DNA of 64,000 nucleotides, taken from Trichinella spiralis (Eukaryota). Positions within the stretch are counted from its first letter, which is position 1. Every line of letters starts with the position of its first letter. Below the pieces are notes generated by a model. The model had not been told where the DNA came from and searched no databases. It saw nothing but the letters and a program-made list of their open reading frames with translations. Location: assembly GCF_000181795.1 (NCBI RefSeq), contig NW_003526943.1, forward strand, positions 2,427,666-2,491,665. The letters are read 5' to 3'. Shown piece after piece: positions 37,512-52,058 of this stretch. Made by a program: the position numbers and the translations under genes.

Positions 37512-39748
37512 TGTGTAGTAGTTAGTATATTTATAATAGCAGCAGTTGCAACAACAATTAGCAGTGCGTTTGTTGTTGTTGTTGTTCATGAATTTATTAA
37601 TCTTCATATATGCTTTTTTTAATATTTTATACATTCTGTGCTGTTATTTATTTATTTATTGTGTGCATGTAGTGTGTTTTTGCTTTGTATTCTTTTCGTT
37701 GAAATATGCGAACGAATATTCTTCACCGGTGTATTATTATATATATATATACTATTATTATCCCTTTTGAAGAGAAGAATTTTTATTTCATCCTTCCTTC
37801 CTGGCCAACATTTTTTAACCTGCTTGCCATATTTTTTTTTGTTTTTATAGTTGTAGTTTTATTTTTAATAAAACAAATTCCAAAAAATGTTATATGTATA
37901 TACAAGCAAACGACAAGTATCCTTTTATTCATTTTTTGAAAAGAAATTAAAAGTAGTAGCAACATGTAATCAATTTCAATCGAACACTGCTAATGGTCTC
38001 TGAATTTGTGATGAAAATGATTAGCAAACAGACATTAGAGTCATTTTTCAGAATTGCAAAATTGCATGAATATATTTCATTGGAAATAAGCATAGGAAAA
38101 GAAAAACTAACAAACAATAAATGAATCAATATTATACATACATACGTAATGTATATATGTATAATCCGTTTATTTATTTTATTGTTACATAAATACGCAT
38201 GAGTAATAATTGTAAATTTTTAAAATTTTAAATAATCTTCAACTATTTATTCATTTCTATATGTAAACTCAGTTGATAATCATATATAAAAAGTATTGTT
38301 GGCTAAAATGTTTTTAGTGATTAATACTGAAATCTGGTATTGACAAAGATTGTTTATTAAATAACTTACTGCGAATATTTATTTTGAATATGTGAATGGA
38401 TATAAATATTTAATGCAAAAAGGGTTGCTTCTTTTTACTGTTTTTATAACTGCTCAGATAAACAACAGTGTAGTAATACACAATGTAAAATATTGAAGAT
38501 AAATCACACGTTAAAATTAATTTGTTTCCAGTTTAAGAAATGACGGTTATGCATATGCTTAATATTGAGTTTTTTATCATGAATGCACACTTTAGATATA
38601 TAACAAGCAGATGCTTTGTTTTCTAACTTTGCTTATTGTCTCTTTTTAAAGCAATTAATAAATAAATTGTTTATGTCTTAACGTATAATTGTGATCTACT
38701 TGTATTTTTGTTTGTGTTGATTATTACTTATCTTGATTTATTTTTCATTAAAAAAATTTTATCCTTAGCTGTTGTCGTTGTTTGTCGTCATTTCAACAAT
38801 AATGCAAGCGGTACATTTGATAGAAAGTCTAGTGAAGTTTTTTTAATTATATTTTGGAAAGAAATAAAATGCTATATTTTGTTTGATTTCGAAATGGTTA
38901 TTTTTATAATTTTAAAAGAATGAACATTATCTTAACATTTTAAATAATGTTATTTTTTGTATAATTTGCACTCTAAAACATTGTAGCTTTAAAATTTAAC
39001 AAGTCTATTGTTTTATACATAAACAAAATTATAATAATGCCGAACATATGAATTTTAATTCTAAATTTGAATTCAATTTTCTGGAATATTCACAAATAAA
39101 TTATTCAACATTCTAGGTAAAAAATTGATATAAGAAAAGATGTCATGTTTTATTATCACTATGGTATTTTTCATAATGACACTTCATTGCGTGGTCTGTT
39201 TCATCAATAGCTAAGTTATTTGTCTATTTGTTTGTTTGTTTTATTGTATTGCTTTGCTGTATTTAAGAATTTTAACAGCTTTCCTTCAGATTGTTTTGCT
39301 TGCCAGTGAACATTAGTGAAAGCATTATCAATTTTCAATATTAATGTTCAAATTGCAATAAGTAAGTTTGTTGATTTCTTTCAAAATATGAACAATTTGA
39401 TAATAAATACACTTATATACCTTGATTCAACAAAGGGTATAATAACAAAATTTATAAAATATCAACGAAATGATGATTAATGAAAAACAATAATTAAATT
39501 TTTGAAGATACAAATTATGTGAACAGTTATTTTGATATTGTTTTAAAATGCACAAACAAGCAAAGCGTCATTCGTGCAAAACAACCAATCTTCGATGTGT
39601 GTTCTACAAGAATGTTTACGATGCAAGAGAGTTATTTGCAAACGTTGTATTTATACGTCATTCAAAAATAGTATTTAATGTGGAAGAAGAGAATTTTTTT
39701 TGACAGTTTTCTTCTGCTGACGCAGCTACGAAATTAAATTGAATTCAA

Positions 39749-41121
39749 ATGCTCATTTACATATTACTTTTCATTTTTCAGGTATATGAATAATTTTATT
39801 TTCGTCGTAATAATAAAATTAAGTTTCAAAACAATGAAATTTTTCACAATTTCATTTTTAACAGTGCCAAGTTGCTTTTGCTGCAAGTTCAACGGCTGGA
39901 TTAGCTTTGACTTTAAGCCAGCTGGCAAAAGCTGAAGAATCTTCTGTGCCCGATGTGTTTCCATGGCTTGCATTGATTGAAACACCAAGCAGACGTTGTT
40001 CGGGTGTGCTTATCGAAAGTCCAGCCATTCCACCTGAAGAATTCATCTTGACTTCCTCGGACTGTGTTATCATGGAACAGTAGTAAGTACTGTAATTGTT
40101 TATTTATTTATTTTTAAATTTAATCTATTACTTTTTTTGCAACTTTTGAAATTTCATCACAAAACTGTTATTCAGCTTAAGAACAGCGAAAAGAGTTCAG
40201 GTGGAATTTCCTGCATTAGTGAAAATCAAAATAGGACAAAAGAACTTCCAACCAAAAAGTATATACGTTTCCAGAGATGGCAAAATTGCGCTTATAGAAT
40301 TAAGAGAAAAAGTAAGAGGAGCAAGTCCAATTAAACTTCCAGCAGCAGGAATTAAACTGCCAACTTCAGTATGTTACGCTGCATATTATGCAAGACGAGG
40401 AGGTAATTAAATATTTTCTGCAATTTTAATGTGAAATTAACCAATTGTAAATTTAATTAAATGGTTTTGTACTGCATTATTGATGCTGAAACATCCAAAT
40501 ATTACTCGTCGAAAATCAAATCATTATCTAAACATTGCATTATTATTATTATTAACAAACCATACAAATGTAAATGTAAAATAAATTAACGTTTATAAAA
40601 GACGAGAGAAATTAAGGCTAAAAAATGAAAATTGCCAACTATAAAAAAAGGTAAAAAGAAATGCATATTTTAACATAAAACTTTTAATATAAGTTATATA
40701 AAACTTTATTTTTCTAACAATAAAAACTGATTTCAACTTTGATAATTTATTTTTGAACATTGAATTTCAGACAGCTTCTACCCGGTCAGAGATCGTATTG
40801 AACACCCGGAAAACTGCAAAGTGGAAGGGGATACAATCAGCTGTGGTCCGTTTAAGTCGGAACAAATTGTATAAATTATAAAAATGCAGTTGGATGTGTA
40901 AAGTTTAAATTTTAATGCAATTCATTTTTGAACAGCTTTCCAATGGCAGCCCGCTGATGTGCCAAGGCAGTGACGCAAGATGGACACTTTATGGCATTTT
41001 AAGTGACAACAAGACGACAGAAAAAGCAATCGGCAAAAGCGTATATTTGCCTGCCTCAATATACACCGAATTCATTTCCAGTGCAAGCATAGGAGCACTG
41101 CAGCCGGCGCCCAGTTTTTGA
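39749..41121 (+). CDS. Secreted trypsin-fold serine protease homolog, predicted catalytically inactive; about 5 exons
   Basis: Signal peptide MLIYILLFIFQ/CQVAFA, then 'FPWLALI...RCSGVLI...FILTSSDCV' (TAAHC position), 'GKIALIEL' (DIALL position), 'PIKLP', and 'LSNGSPLMC...WTLYGI' (GDSGGPL position). Confidence 0.8.
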
Positions 41122-41265
41122 ACAATTAAATGAAATTTGACAATAAGAAACGCGTAAACAGACTGTTTTGGACAAATTTATTTGAATATTAAAATTCATT
41201 ATAATGAACTGTTGACAATTTTGACGGGCAAAATTGAATTATAAATATAAAATATAAAGTTGCCA

Positions 41266-44108
41266 TTATAAAGCGTATAAATCTAAAATGCGCTTGATGA
41301 TTTCCGGTTTTCTCGTGTTCGACGCAATTACAACTCCTTTAGAACGTAACGCATTTCGCAGCTGAACTACAGTACGTTTTCCCAACTAAACAATTGATAT
41401 TTAAATTTTTGTACGTGAACATGATTTTTTAACCCACCAAACCGTTTCTCGCTTCCGCTTCCAAATCAAATTCCACATCAGTATAACTGCTGCTGGATTT
41501 TTTCTGAAATAACAATATCAACTAGTAAAATATGCGCACACTGGTTTTACTTTTTCTCTTAATTTTTCAATACTTACTTGATCATCAAAATTCAAATGCT
41601 CTTTGATTTGTTCTAACAACATGCCTGCTTCATTGTCAATCCATTTCAGATTCACTAATAAATATAATATTAATTAAATTGTCAGTTTTATTCAAGTTGT
41701 AAACTTGTTGTGTATACTTGTTTGATCGACAAAGTGTCCAATTTTCTCACGATCCAATACAACCGCTTCAAGAGTACGATAATGCTTTTGAAGAACTGGA
41801 AAATGATGTTCAACGTAAAATTATCAATACCAAATGAATAAATAAAATACCATTTCACACCTGGATTTTGAATAGTCCCAACAGTATATTGAATCTGCAT
41901 ACGTTTTATCACTTTTTTCCACAAATCGACCAATTGGTTGTCGACTTGAATTTTCGGAGCAGAAGCAATCACTGCTTGCAAATCTCTCAAATCATCTTCA
42001 TACGGCAAATAAATGCCATGAAATCGTCGACATTTGGTGCTTTGCGCTGCTTCTTCTGATTCAATCTGAGAACAATTGATCTTGATCACATTATAATTTC
42101 CTCCACAATGGAGAAAATACCTCAGCAACCAAAGCAACAAGTCTAGGAGACGTGTTCTTTCGTGCAGTCAAACGGCAAATCATGGTCATCTCCCTGTCGG
42201 AACATTTTCTCATCAAAGCGTTCAACAACACCGTACTGCCTTTTATAATCTTGAAAACCATTATCATTGTAATAAAGAAGCAAACAAAAATAAAAAGCAA
42301 AATGATTTTACATTTTCATTTGGAGAAATGAAAAAAGCAGGTCGCAAATGATGATAAACTTTTAATCGATTCAACGGCTGAAAACCTAACAAAACTAAAC
42401 CTAAACAAATATTTGCATAATTTTACAAATTATAATTCACAATCTATTATGGTAAACATTACCGGGAGATGTAAAGGATGACATTTCTTCCAATTCTTTT
42501 TCAGTCATCGCAATTCGCCTCCTGCCGTATTCTTGATATTTCACAAGATTGAATCGATGCAACTTTTCTCCAGTTTCCTCAAAAAAAGTTTGCATATTGC
42601 TATCAAACTTCCAAAAAAAAAGAGAAAAGAAAAGAAATTATAATAAATCCTTACGGGATCGAACAGATTGGAAATTAATTTCACCTCGCCATTGGTTCGT
42701 CCATCCAACATCACCGACGGAGGAAGATTGGCTGTTGAAATATTGTTATATCTACAACTGCATTTTCAATGCAAATTATAATAAATAACAATAATAAAAG
42801 TCTACATTACAGTGTAACAGAGATGTCAATTGCGGGACCGAGTGAAAAATTCAACGTTGCAAAACCACGCTTGGTTCGGGTTTTCTTCACAATTCTAACA
42901 ATATCAAAAGTTGATCATTTATTTCATGGTTCTTTTCGAAATTTGAAATATGCATAAACAACCTGCTGAACAGATCATCCGCACGATTAGCAAGTGTTAA
43001 ATTATCATCATGACATGCATGTTCATCTGCCAAAGCTACCTGAGAAAACGATGAATAAAAATTCATTTAAACATTTCTTTCACATCCGAAAATGAAAAAT
43101 TATAATAATACTTTGTAAAAGTTGTCCAAAACAAAGTTTGTCGTACCGACAGCAACCACTTCAACAGTGACATTTTTCTCTTTCAGATCTTTAATTTTTT
43201 TCCGGCCACGTTTCTTCAATATTAACAATCAATTTCAAAAAAAATTACAGTACACAAAAATTCATACGCGCAACTCTACATCACCGTGATGCGGACTGTC
43301 GTTGTTCGTAAACAGAAATATCGTTCGTCTTTGATTTTGCACTTTGCTGCAAATTACAGCAAAAAATACAGATATAATACGCAAAAATCATATTTCAAAT
43401 TTCACCATTCGTTGTACATCATTGCTGAAAGCCAGAACACTTCGTCAATGTTCGACTGTCCAGTGCCGTAATTTTCATCGAAATAGTTAAACGGAGGACC
43501 TTGGATCAAATGAAATACATGCAAAAATTTTTCATCCTTCCGAATATATTCGGCAAATCACATTCTCGCATACCATTGCACAGACGTTCCAGTTGTTTCA
43601 CCTTTTCCACGCTGGGAAGACTCAAATTGTGAAGAACAGAAATGCCGTTGAAGCGGTGTGAATTTTCCGCCTTTTTCTAAATCGAGGCTTTCTTAATTAA
43701 AATTTCGTTTCATGCAAATTTACATGCAAAACCAATTTTACCGTATTATATAAAACTGTGGCCAAATAATCCCGTTCACCAGTTACACTGTTGTGACAGT
43801 ATATGTCGCGAATTGCCTGAACAGTTATAATAATAATCGATAAACTTTTTTCCACTTATCCTGACTAAATCAAAGCTGTAAAGTGATTATTACTGTGATG
43901 CTTTCTTGAAAAGCTGTACAAGCATCTTCTGTGAACATTGCACTGTCGCAGTCGACGAGAAAGATGATACATTTTCTTCCTGCCCATGTGGGCTAAAAAT
44001 GACAATTTTCAAAAATTGTACAACAGTTTTCACTCAACACAACTCGCTCACTGATTCAGATTCAATCTCTTCTATATCGCAATAAAACTGCCAGCGATCT
44101 GGATCCAT
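41266..44108 (-). CDS. XRCC6: Ku70 (XRCC6 / cku-70), NHEJ DNA-end-binding subunit, many short exons
   Basis: N-terminal vWA 'GRKCIIFLVDC', core 'LRPAFFISPNE', 'GSTVLLNALMRKC...PRLVALV', 'GIYLPYEDDLR', 'IQNPG'. C-terminal SAP domain 'LGKRTVVQLRNALRSKG...KPEIIKRIL'. TAA at 41266-41268. Confidence 0.9.
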
Positions 44109-45340
44109 TAAATGTTTACGGTAATAAAAATTTTGATTTTTTTGCTCTTTAATACATTAACGGCTTAAAAATAACTACCATTTAAACAAGTAATTTAATT
44201 CAAAAAATTTGAAATAAGTTACGGTAGAATTACAGAATAATTATCAAATCAGAAGGTATTAATCGTGTATTTTGTTCATTTCTCCTTATTAAAAAGCAAA
44301 GAAAAAAAATCAATAATCACGCGCATCAACAAAATCATTTAATATTGAATTTTATCAAAAATGTTTAGAAGTTTTTTCAGTCAAAAAATTATACACAAAA
44401 GACTCTGCTGTAGGCAATTGTTTATACTTCATAGATTTTACTTTTTCACGAATTGAAAGTGAAAAAATAATTTTCTTTCAATTGAAAAAAGTTGAATTAA
44501 TTTTAAATTTACACTTGACTATCACTTTCTTTTTCAAGTAAACTGTAGAGTAGCAAATTTCAGTGTTTGACAGAGAAGTTGAAATGCAAATGAACCGAGA
44601 AAAAATTTCAAATCGGCACCAAACTTCAAGTACGACACGAGTCATGGTTTATATTTATTTTTATTGTTAGACTACTGTTGATCAACGTTTGAAAATCGAG
44701 AAAAACCGTATTAACATTGTATCGAACAGAAACGACAACTGCTATTGCACATTAATCAGTGAGCAAAGCAAAATAATAATAAGAGCAAAGAAAGATAATA
44801 TGAGAAAGCGTATTTGTTTGTACGAAATGGGAAAGTTGAAGAAAAAACAGGTCGAATCTGAAAAATGAAATTTCAAACGGAATAAAAATAGTTCCAAAGT
44901 AATTATGAACGAGAAATTGCAGAATATGAAAAATGATGTTTCTCTACAACGAAAGTCTTTCTTGTTTTTCTCCATTCTCGCAGTGGAAAATTTGCAACAC
45001 TTGATGACCACACATGTATAATTGTAAGCATTTCTGTTGTACGTGTTTTATTTATCATGAATAAATGAGTAAATAAAGCGTCACCACCTCGAAAACGAAC
45101 CAGTGTATGAAGCGCGAAAAAGAAAAAGTTTAAAAAAAGTACGATAAAACAGTCAAAAAATAATAATAGATTAATAACTGGAACAAATAATAAAACAGTA
45201 GTTTGACAAAAAATATGAATGAAATGGAAATGAAAAATAAACTGAGGGAAATAAATATATAAATGAATAAATAAAGAAATAAATGGACGAAAAACACAGA
45301 ATGATGGGTGCAACGGCCCAGATGATTTTCAGGTACAATT

Positions 45341-48300
45341 TTATTCTTGTTGCAGTTGTTGCTGCTGCTGCTGCTGCTGTTGTGGACGACCATCTCGTTG
45401 TATATACAAGAATAGCAATTTCTTCTGAACAAAAAGTTTAAAGAGATATAAATACGTGAACACAAAGAAGAAAAAATACCTTGCTCGAGTTCAACGGCTC
45501 CAGAAATGGTTCGAGCACTTCAAAACCAACTTTTTTGTGCACGGCCACCAAGCACAACACGCTCGCCTTGCGTACACTGCTGTCCGTGGGATTTTCAAAG
45601 CCCTGCCCAAACAAAACAACAATTGAAAATATTAGCAAGTCAGAGAGAGAGAGAGAGAGAGAGAGGTATATTTTTCCCCGCCCCGCCTCCCTCCCCCCTC
45701 GAAACAACACACGGCACGCACCATAATAATACCCGGAACCAATTCTTTGAGAATGCGCAACAATTCGTCAGTGTCCATCTGTTCGATCACCTTGGTGGTC
45801 ATTTTGATCGCCGCCAACAAAGCCGGGCCTTGGTCGTTCAAAATCACCGGCGTCAACACGCGCAAGCAGACCAACGGCGCCAAATGCAACGCCAACACTG
45901 TCGCGCAGTCTTCGGCTGCTCTGGTCACTTTACGTTCCGGGTCTTTGTGCGCATCGAGCAATTTCAAAATGGTCAACTCTGCATAATCTTGAAATCGTTG
46001 CGGTTGTCTTGTGCTGAAATGGAAAATAGAATGCTATTCACAAAAATAAAAATATATACAATTAATTATTATTATTATTACCAAATTTCTTTCAAAACTG
46101 GCAACGCTGCAGCACGAATATCGGGATCGTCGTCGCCAAGCGTTTCCAACAGTATCAATAAAATCGTTTTGAAATTCTCCTCCCACAGCGTGAACGAGCC
46201 GTCCCGAGACACGTGCTTCAAAGTGGACAACGCCTTCTTACGTTCCACATTTCTGCAACAGACCGATCATTCACAGAAAAAAAATAATAAATTTCTATTC
46301 TGTTTTCACAAACCTCGCGTTGTGATTGGACAATTCTGTCAAAATTTGGCCAATAATCTCCTCTTGTCGTTCTTCGTCAGTGTTGACGCCATTGCTGAGC
46401 AACTCCAAACGCCCTCCTTGACCGGCAGAACCGTTTTTCTGAGAAAAATATCCATTTAAAAAATAAGTACAACACAAACAAAATAGAACAAGAAGTTGAC
46501 AGCAATACAAAATAATTATCCACCGAGTCCACTACGGTAGAACCGTTGGATCCTGTTGTTTTACAATCTGACGAAAACGGATATCTCATAATTTCTTCAC
46601 TGGTTCTTCGTAAACTATCCTGAACATCAGAATTTCTTTCAATTCTGAAAAAACAACAAATAATTAACAATATATACACCAGTGTAGACAATGAATTGAA
46701 ATGATATGTATGTATTACACTTTCGACGACTGTTCCGCTGAATCATGTATGCACAAAGTTGACAAATCAGGAAAATGCCTGACGTGGGTATGCAAAATTC
46801 GAGATACAGTATCCTGAAAATCATTGAAATTTCAAATTTTTCATTCATTACTGATTGATATAAGAGAAGAAGAAGAAGAAGAAGAAGAAGAAAAAGAAGA
46901 AATGACTGAAATCAATTGTTGTTACCTGATATGCTTTGGAAAAACTGCTCAAAATTTGGCTAAACATCGTCGTGTTCAAGCTGAACAATGCCAGCAGAGT
47001 CGCTTGCGCAGTTCGACGGACTTCGGTCGATTTCGGCTCGCCGGTCCATTGGACAATTCTCGAAATGGCCATTCGCATGTCAGCAGTGTCGGTAAGGTGA
47101 CAAGATTGCATGGAATAAATGAGCGCGTTCAAATAATTAAGCACATTCAATTTCATCTGAATTTTACACACATACACAAAATAAATGAGCTTTAATAAAA
47201 AAGAAGTTGCGAATAATAATTTAGCAAAAAAAATACCTTCACGTTCGGAGTTTGCGTGGGATCGACGAGGTAACGAGTCAACGCTTGGAATTGAGCTTCG
47301 ACTGGAAAAACCGCCCGAACCACTTCCATCGTTTTCAAAAGCTTGCTCTGCACCGACGGAAGCAATTCATTGCTCTGTTTCGACAACAGACGGCATAGCA
47401 AAACAAACAGCCAATCTTGAATATCCGATCCGTGCGCTTGTAAAAATTCAATCACCGTATCCAAAAATACGGTGAACATCTGAGATTAAATATACAAAAG
47501 GAAATAAATAAATTAAAAAGAAATATATTTAAAAATGTAAAATTTCAAAAACACAGTAGGACAGTGGTAAGTTGATAATCAAGTTCCATAAAAATGAAAC
47601 TAACCTTGTGATGCGGGTCGACGAACAGTCGAGCAAAAAGATCGCAGGCTTTTTTCAACTCGCCCGCAGTCAAACGCCCGCCCGACCGGAAAAAGCTTTG
47701 CAAACAAAGCAAACCTTCTTTCCGTTCAATCCAAACTGTCGAAGAACAACTGCGCAGCACATCCATCATGCTGCTGCTGTTTTCGCTGCTTTCACTGCCA
47801 CGAAACGACCGTTCGCCAAAAAAGCACGGAGAAGATTCGCTGCTAACGTCGTCCAATTTACGGCCTCGACTCTTCAACAAACAAACACAATTGAAAAATA
47901 TTATTATTATTGTTATTATGCATGCAAAATATTGTTGTTCATAGAGTTATTCTTACAACGCCGACGACATTAGCGCAATCCGCATCTCGCGCAGGGGTAC
48001 AGAAGAAGCGGCCGAACGAGTAGTAACTTCGATCCGGTGTACTCAGCCGACGTGGCGCTGAAATAAAATTAAAATCAAAAATTATTTTTTCACCTTTCCT
48101 TCCGTAATTTGTTTTGAACAAATAAACAAAAAACACAAGTAAACAAACAAACTTCTAGAAGGACTGCTGTCACGAGAGCTGGTCTGAGAACGAAAGCCGG
48201 TAATATTAGCAATAGGGCGTGCACGTCGGGCACTGTTCGTCAAACTGCTCCTGGCCGTTGGTGAACTGCTCCGGCTACCAGCTTCAAACGTGAACAAAAT

Positions 48301-51300
48301 TAATTAAAATATTCTCCCACCTGAAATAAACAAACAAACAAACAAAACTTACGCTGAGAAACAGACTTGTTCGACGTGGATGTGGGACTTCTCGGGGTGG
48401 ATTCTAGTCTTGTAGAGGTTGCTGCTGTTGCTGTTGACGGATTCGGTGCGCCAAATCGACCAAACTTCGGATGATTGCCAGACGTGCTCAAGAGCATTTT
48501 CATCGGACGCGCTGCAAAAATACAAAAATTAAAAAATCAAAAATAATTAATCAGACAAAAAAGTGCTCTGATAACAACACTACCAGGTGTGAAAAGGTGG
48601 TGGGTGATACACAAAAACTAACAAAGAAGACATACAAACTGTGAATAGGTGAAAGACAATAATTAATAAGTAAATAAACAACAAGACGCGCATAGGTAGC
48701 AAACAGCTTACCGCATCTTGTTCTCACAAACAGGGAAAAACGGACGAACCTGTCGAAACATGTGGGGAATCATCCACACATAGCTGTTTTTGCTAGTCGT
48801 CGTCAACATTAAATACAATCAACTATAAAAGTTCTCTTGCCATCCGTTTTAACGCCGAATTTGGAATACTTCTTATTTATTTATTAAAATTATTAAAATT
48901 CTGCATCTAATACAATAGTATGAAAAATTCGAGAAAAATAAAAGTAATATGAATAAGAATAAAATTTTGCCAAAAATAGAAAAATATGTTAAAAAAATAA
49001 TATATCAATGCACTACGGTTGTACTCTCTTTGGCGAGCAACGTAATTTTTACGAAAAGACAAATTAATATAAATAAAAAATAGCCATGATGTTTCCCGGA
49101 TGGATGCGTTATTGTTCAATTTGATCAGAACTTACGTAGAGAGTTCATGTTCGACGAACTGGCCACGCCCAAGAATGCTTTGCCAGCGTTGGCTTGCTTC
49201 ATCGCAACAGCACGACGTACTGCACCGGTGTCGATCTCGCTGGCTGACCGTAAGCAAGGTATTGTTCCTTAAAATGGAAATTTATCAAAAATGGACAACA
49301 ACAAGAACAACAACACGGCTCACCTCCTGCTCGGCTAGCGCCATATTGTGATGCAGTAGAGCATTTCACACTTTCTTGAGACGTTCTCAAGTCGTTGTAC
49401 AAACTGTGACTGGACGACGACTGACTTACTTCGCCGAGCAGTTGACGCTGCTTTCCCGGATCCAAGCTTTGAAACAGCATCTCTGCTTGGTCGCGAAAAT
49501 GATCCGAAAATGACCAATAAGCCTGAAAAGGAAAAAAAAAGAATTTAATGAAAAAATATTATAAACAACAAAAAATAAAATCCATACTTTTCGTGAAAAT
49601 GCTCTGGCTTCGGGATCCGCGTCCGACAGACCTTTCCGAATGGCGCCCTGCAAAGCACCGACATTTTTTTCCAGCTCGTGAGAACTCCACTGCTGGCACA
49701 TCATTGCGATGAAATCACAACAACACCTAATGAAATCAATTAACTATTACCACAATACAGACATGATGAACAAAAATTAGCATAAAATAAAGAGAGAGAG
49801 AGAGAGAGAGAGAGAGATGAATGAATAATTTGGATGACAAAAAAGTTTTGTCGTATTAGCAAGGCATTTTACCTTCGAATTTCTTTGGATTTCGACTCCA
49901 ACGATCCAGTTATAACGGGCACAATTCTTGGGGCGTGCGTATTCTGCAAAAGTTGAGATATAGAAGAAAAAATGTTTTTTTTTTCTTGAAAATTCAATTT
50001 TACATATTTTACATACTTTGATAATAAATCGGCAAGAAATCAAACCCGACGTGGAAACCACTTTTGCCGAATTTTGAATCAAAGAAATCAACAATGGTAG
50101 GATAATTTCGGCAAAGTGATCAAATTTCGGCCCCAACCGTTCGGCTAAATATCTGAACAATAAAAAAACACAACTGTAAAAATTATCAATTGTAAAAATA
50201 TAATATTTATATTTTTAGACGATGAAAGAAAATTTAACATAATCCACTCACGCAACGGTGATGCAAACTTCTCGAACAACTTGCGATCGAAGATCTTTGC
50301 CAGCAATCTGCATCGGCACTTCCAGAGATCGGAGTTCGACAAAGAATTCATCATACTGGCTGGCTCCGCTTATCAAAAGCGACCGGAGGCGTTTCAACTG
50401 TATAACAGAAAAAATATTGATCACAAGCAAGATTTGATATTTCGCTTCATACTGAATCAACACGCTTTTCCCAGTCTCCATTGGTATTCATGACAATCGT
50501 TCGAATCTGCTGCAGCTGAATGGACAACTCTTTGGCCGAATATATCTAAAAAACAAACAAACAAACAAACAATTCAATTTTCAAAATTTCAAAAAGAAAA
50601 AAAATGCAGCAAATCATATTTGTGCATTAGTTTTACCTCCACTTTCGGCACATCTTCAAAAGCAGCATAAAAGCTCTCCTCATCAACCGCACCCGCGTTA
50701 CCTGAAATGGAAAATTAATTAATAGTCAACAACAAGAAGAAGAAGATAAAGATAACTAAGAAAAGCAACAAACAACTAATCAAAATTGAAAAGCAAACTT
50801 TCATTCAACTTTCATTCATTAATTAAGGAAAAAAATTAGATTAATTCAACGAAGCGGTTCAACGTTCACTATCCAGCGATTACTGGAGTCGCATGATCAG
50901 AAACATTCAATAATCAATGCTGCGCCAAATTGTTTAAACATATTTATAGTTTTGTTCGCTCAAAGAAATATTAATATTATAAAAAAAAAACATTACATCA
51001 GTTCATACATGCATCAAACGTACAACTGATTTACGACACAAACCCGGGGCCACTTTTTTTACTGCTTTGTACTCGCCGCAAGTCGATATCAAATAGAATT
51101 TACATGCATCTATCTACATGCAAGCTTTAATAAGAATGATTGTTTAAAACCAATCAAATTGAACTAAACAACAGAGCAAAGCTGTGAGCTAATCAGATAA
51201 CGTTGGAAAAAGCAGCCCCAAGTGGGAACGTCAAATTTGTAAAGTATTGGATTCAATGTACACTTTTTACATTTCTGCGATATCTGCATGATTGTAATCA

Positions 51301-52021
51301 TATTCAGTTTAAAATGTATGTTGTTCACAACAATTAATATAATATTTCTATAAAAATTCTCTTTTATGCTACAACCTACGAGAAATATCTTAATGTCACA
51401 CACTTCCTTAATAAAGAAAAAAACCAAAATTTAACTTAAATTAAAAGCATGTGAAAGGAATTTTCATCCTAATACAGCCAAAAAGCAAGACAAAATAATT
51501 TAAGCAAATCTAACATTAAAGTTGAATAAAAATGAAATTTTGATTCTGCTTGCCATGTGGCGGTTATCAACAATCAATTGCTGGGTAGAACAAGTAAAAT
51601 AAAAATGTACAGAAGAATGTTTCGTACCTGCATATCGACTAGTGGTTTGTAAACGCTTAACCGGCGGGGCGCTGGTTGCACGCTTCCCCGTGAAATTCGA
51701 AATTTCTGATTGCTTCACAGCAGTCAACAATGGCTTCTTCAACGTGGATACACTGGATATTTGACGATGAGCTGGAAAAAGTAAAAAACAAAAGAATTAA
51801 GAAACAGAAAGAACACAACGCATAAATTTATATATACCAGTCGGTGTTGCATCGGTGAAATCTGCTACAGACTCCAGCGCACTGCCCACGGTGCCGTTGC
51901 TACTACAACTGCTGCCCACCAGTCCGTTACGTTTCACATCCTCGAAACGGGAAAACAAAGCAGCCGCTCTAATAAACATATTCAACATAATAAATTTAAC
52001 AAAAAACAAAATATACATGTA

Positions 52022-52058
<37 letters not shown>

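Noticed and set aside
45506..46459. 317-aa plus-strand ORF antisense to CLASP
   Set aside because: It runs through microsatellite and intron sequence (ERERER, YYYYY) opposite real CLASP exons and has no domain signal.
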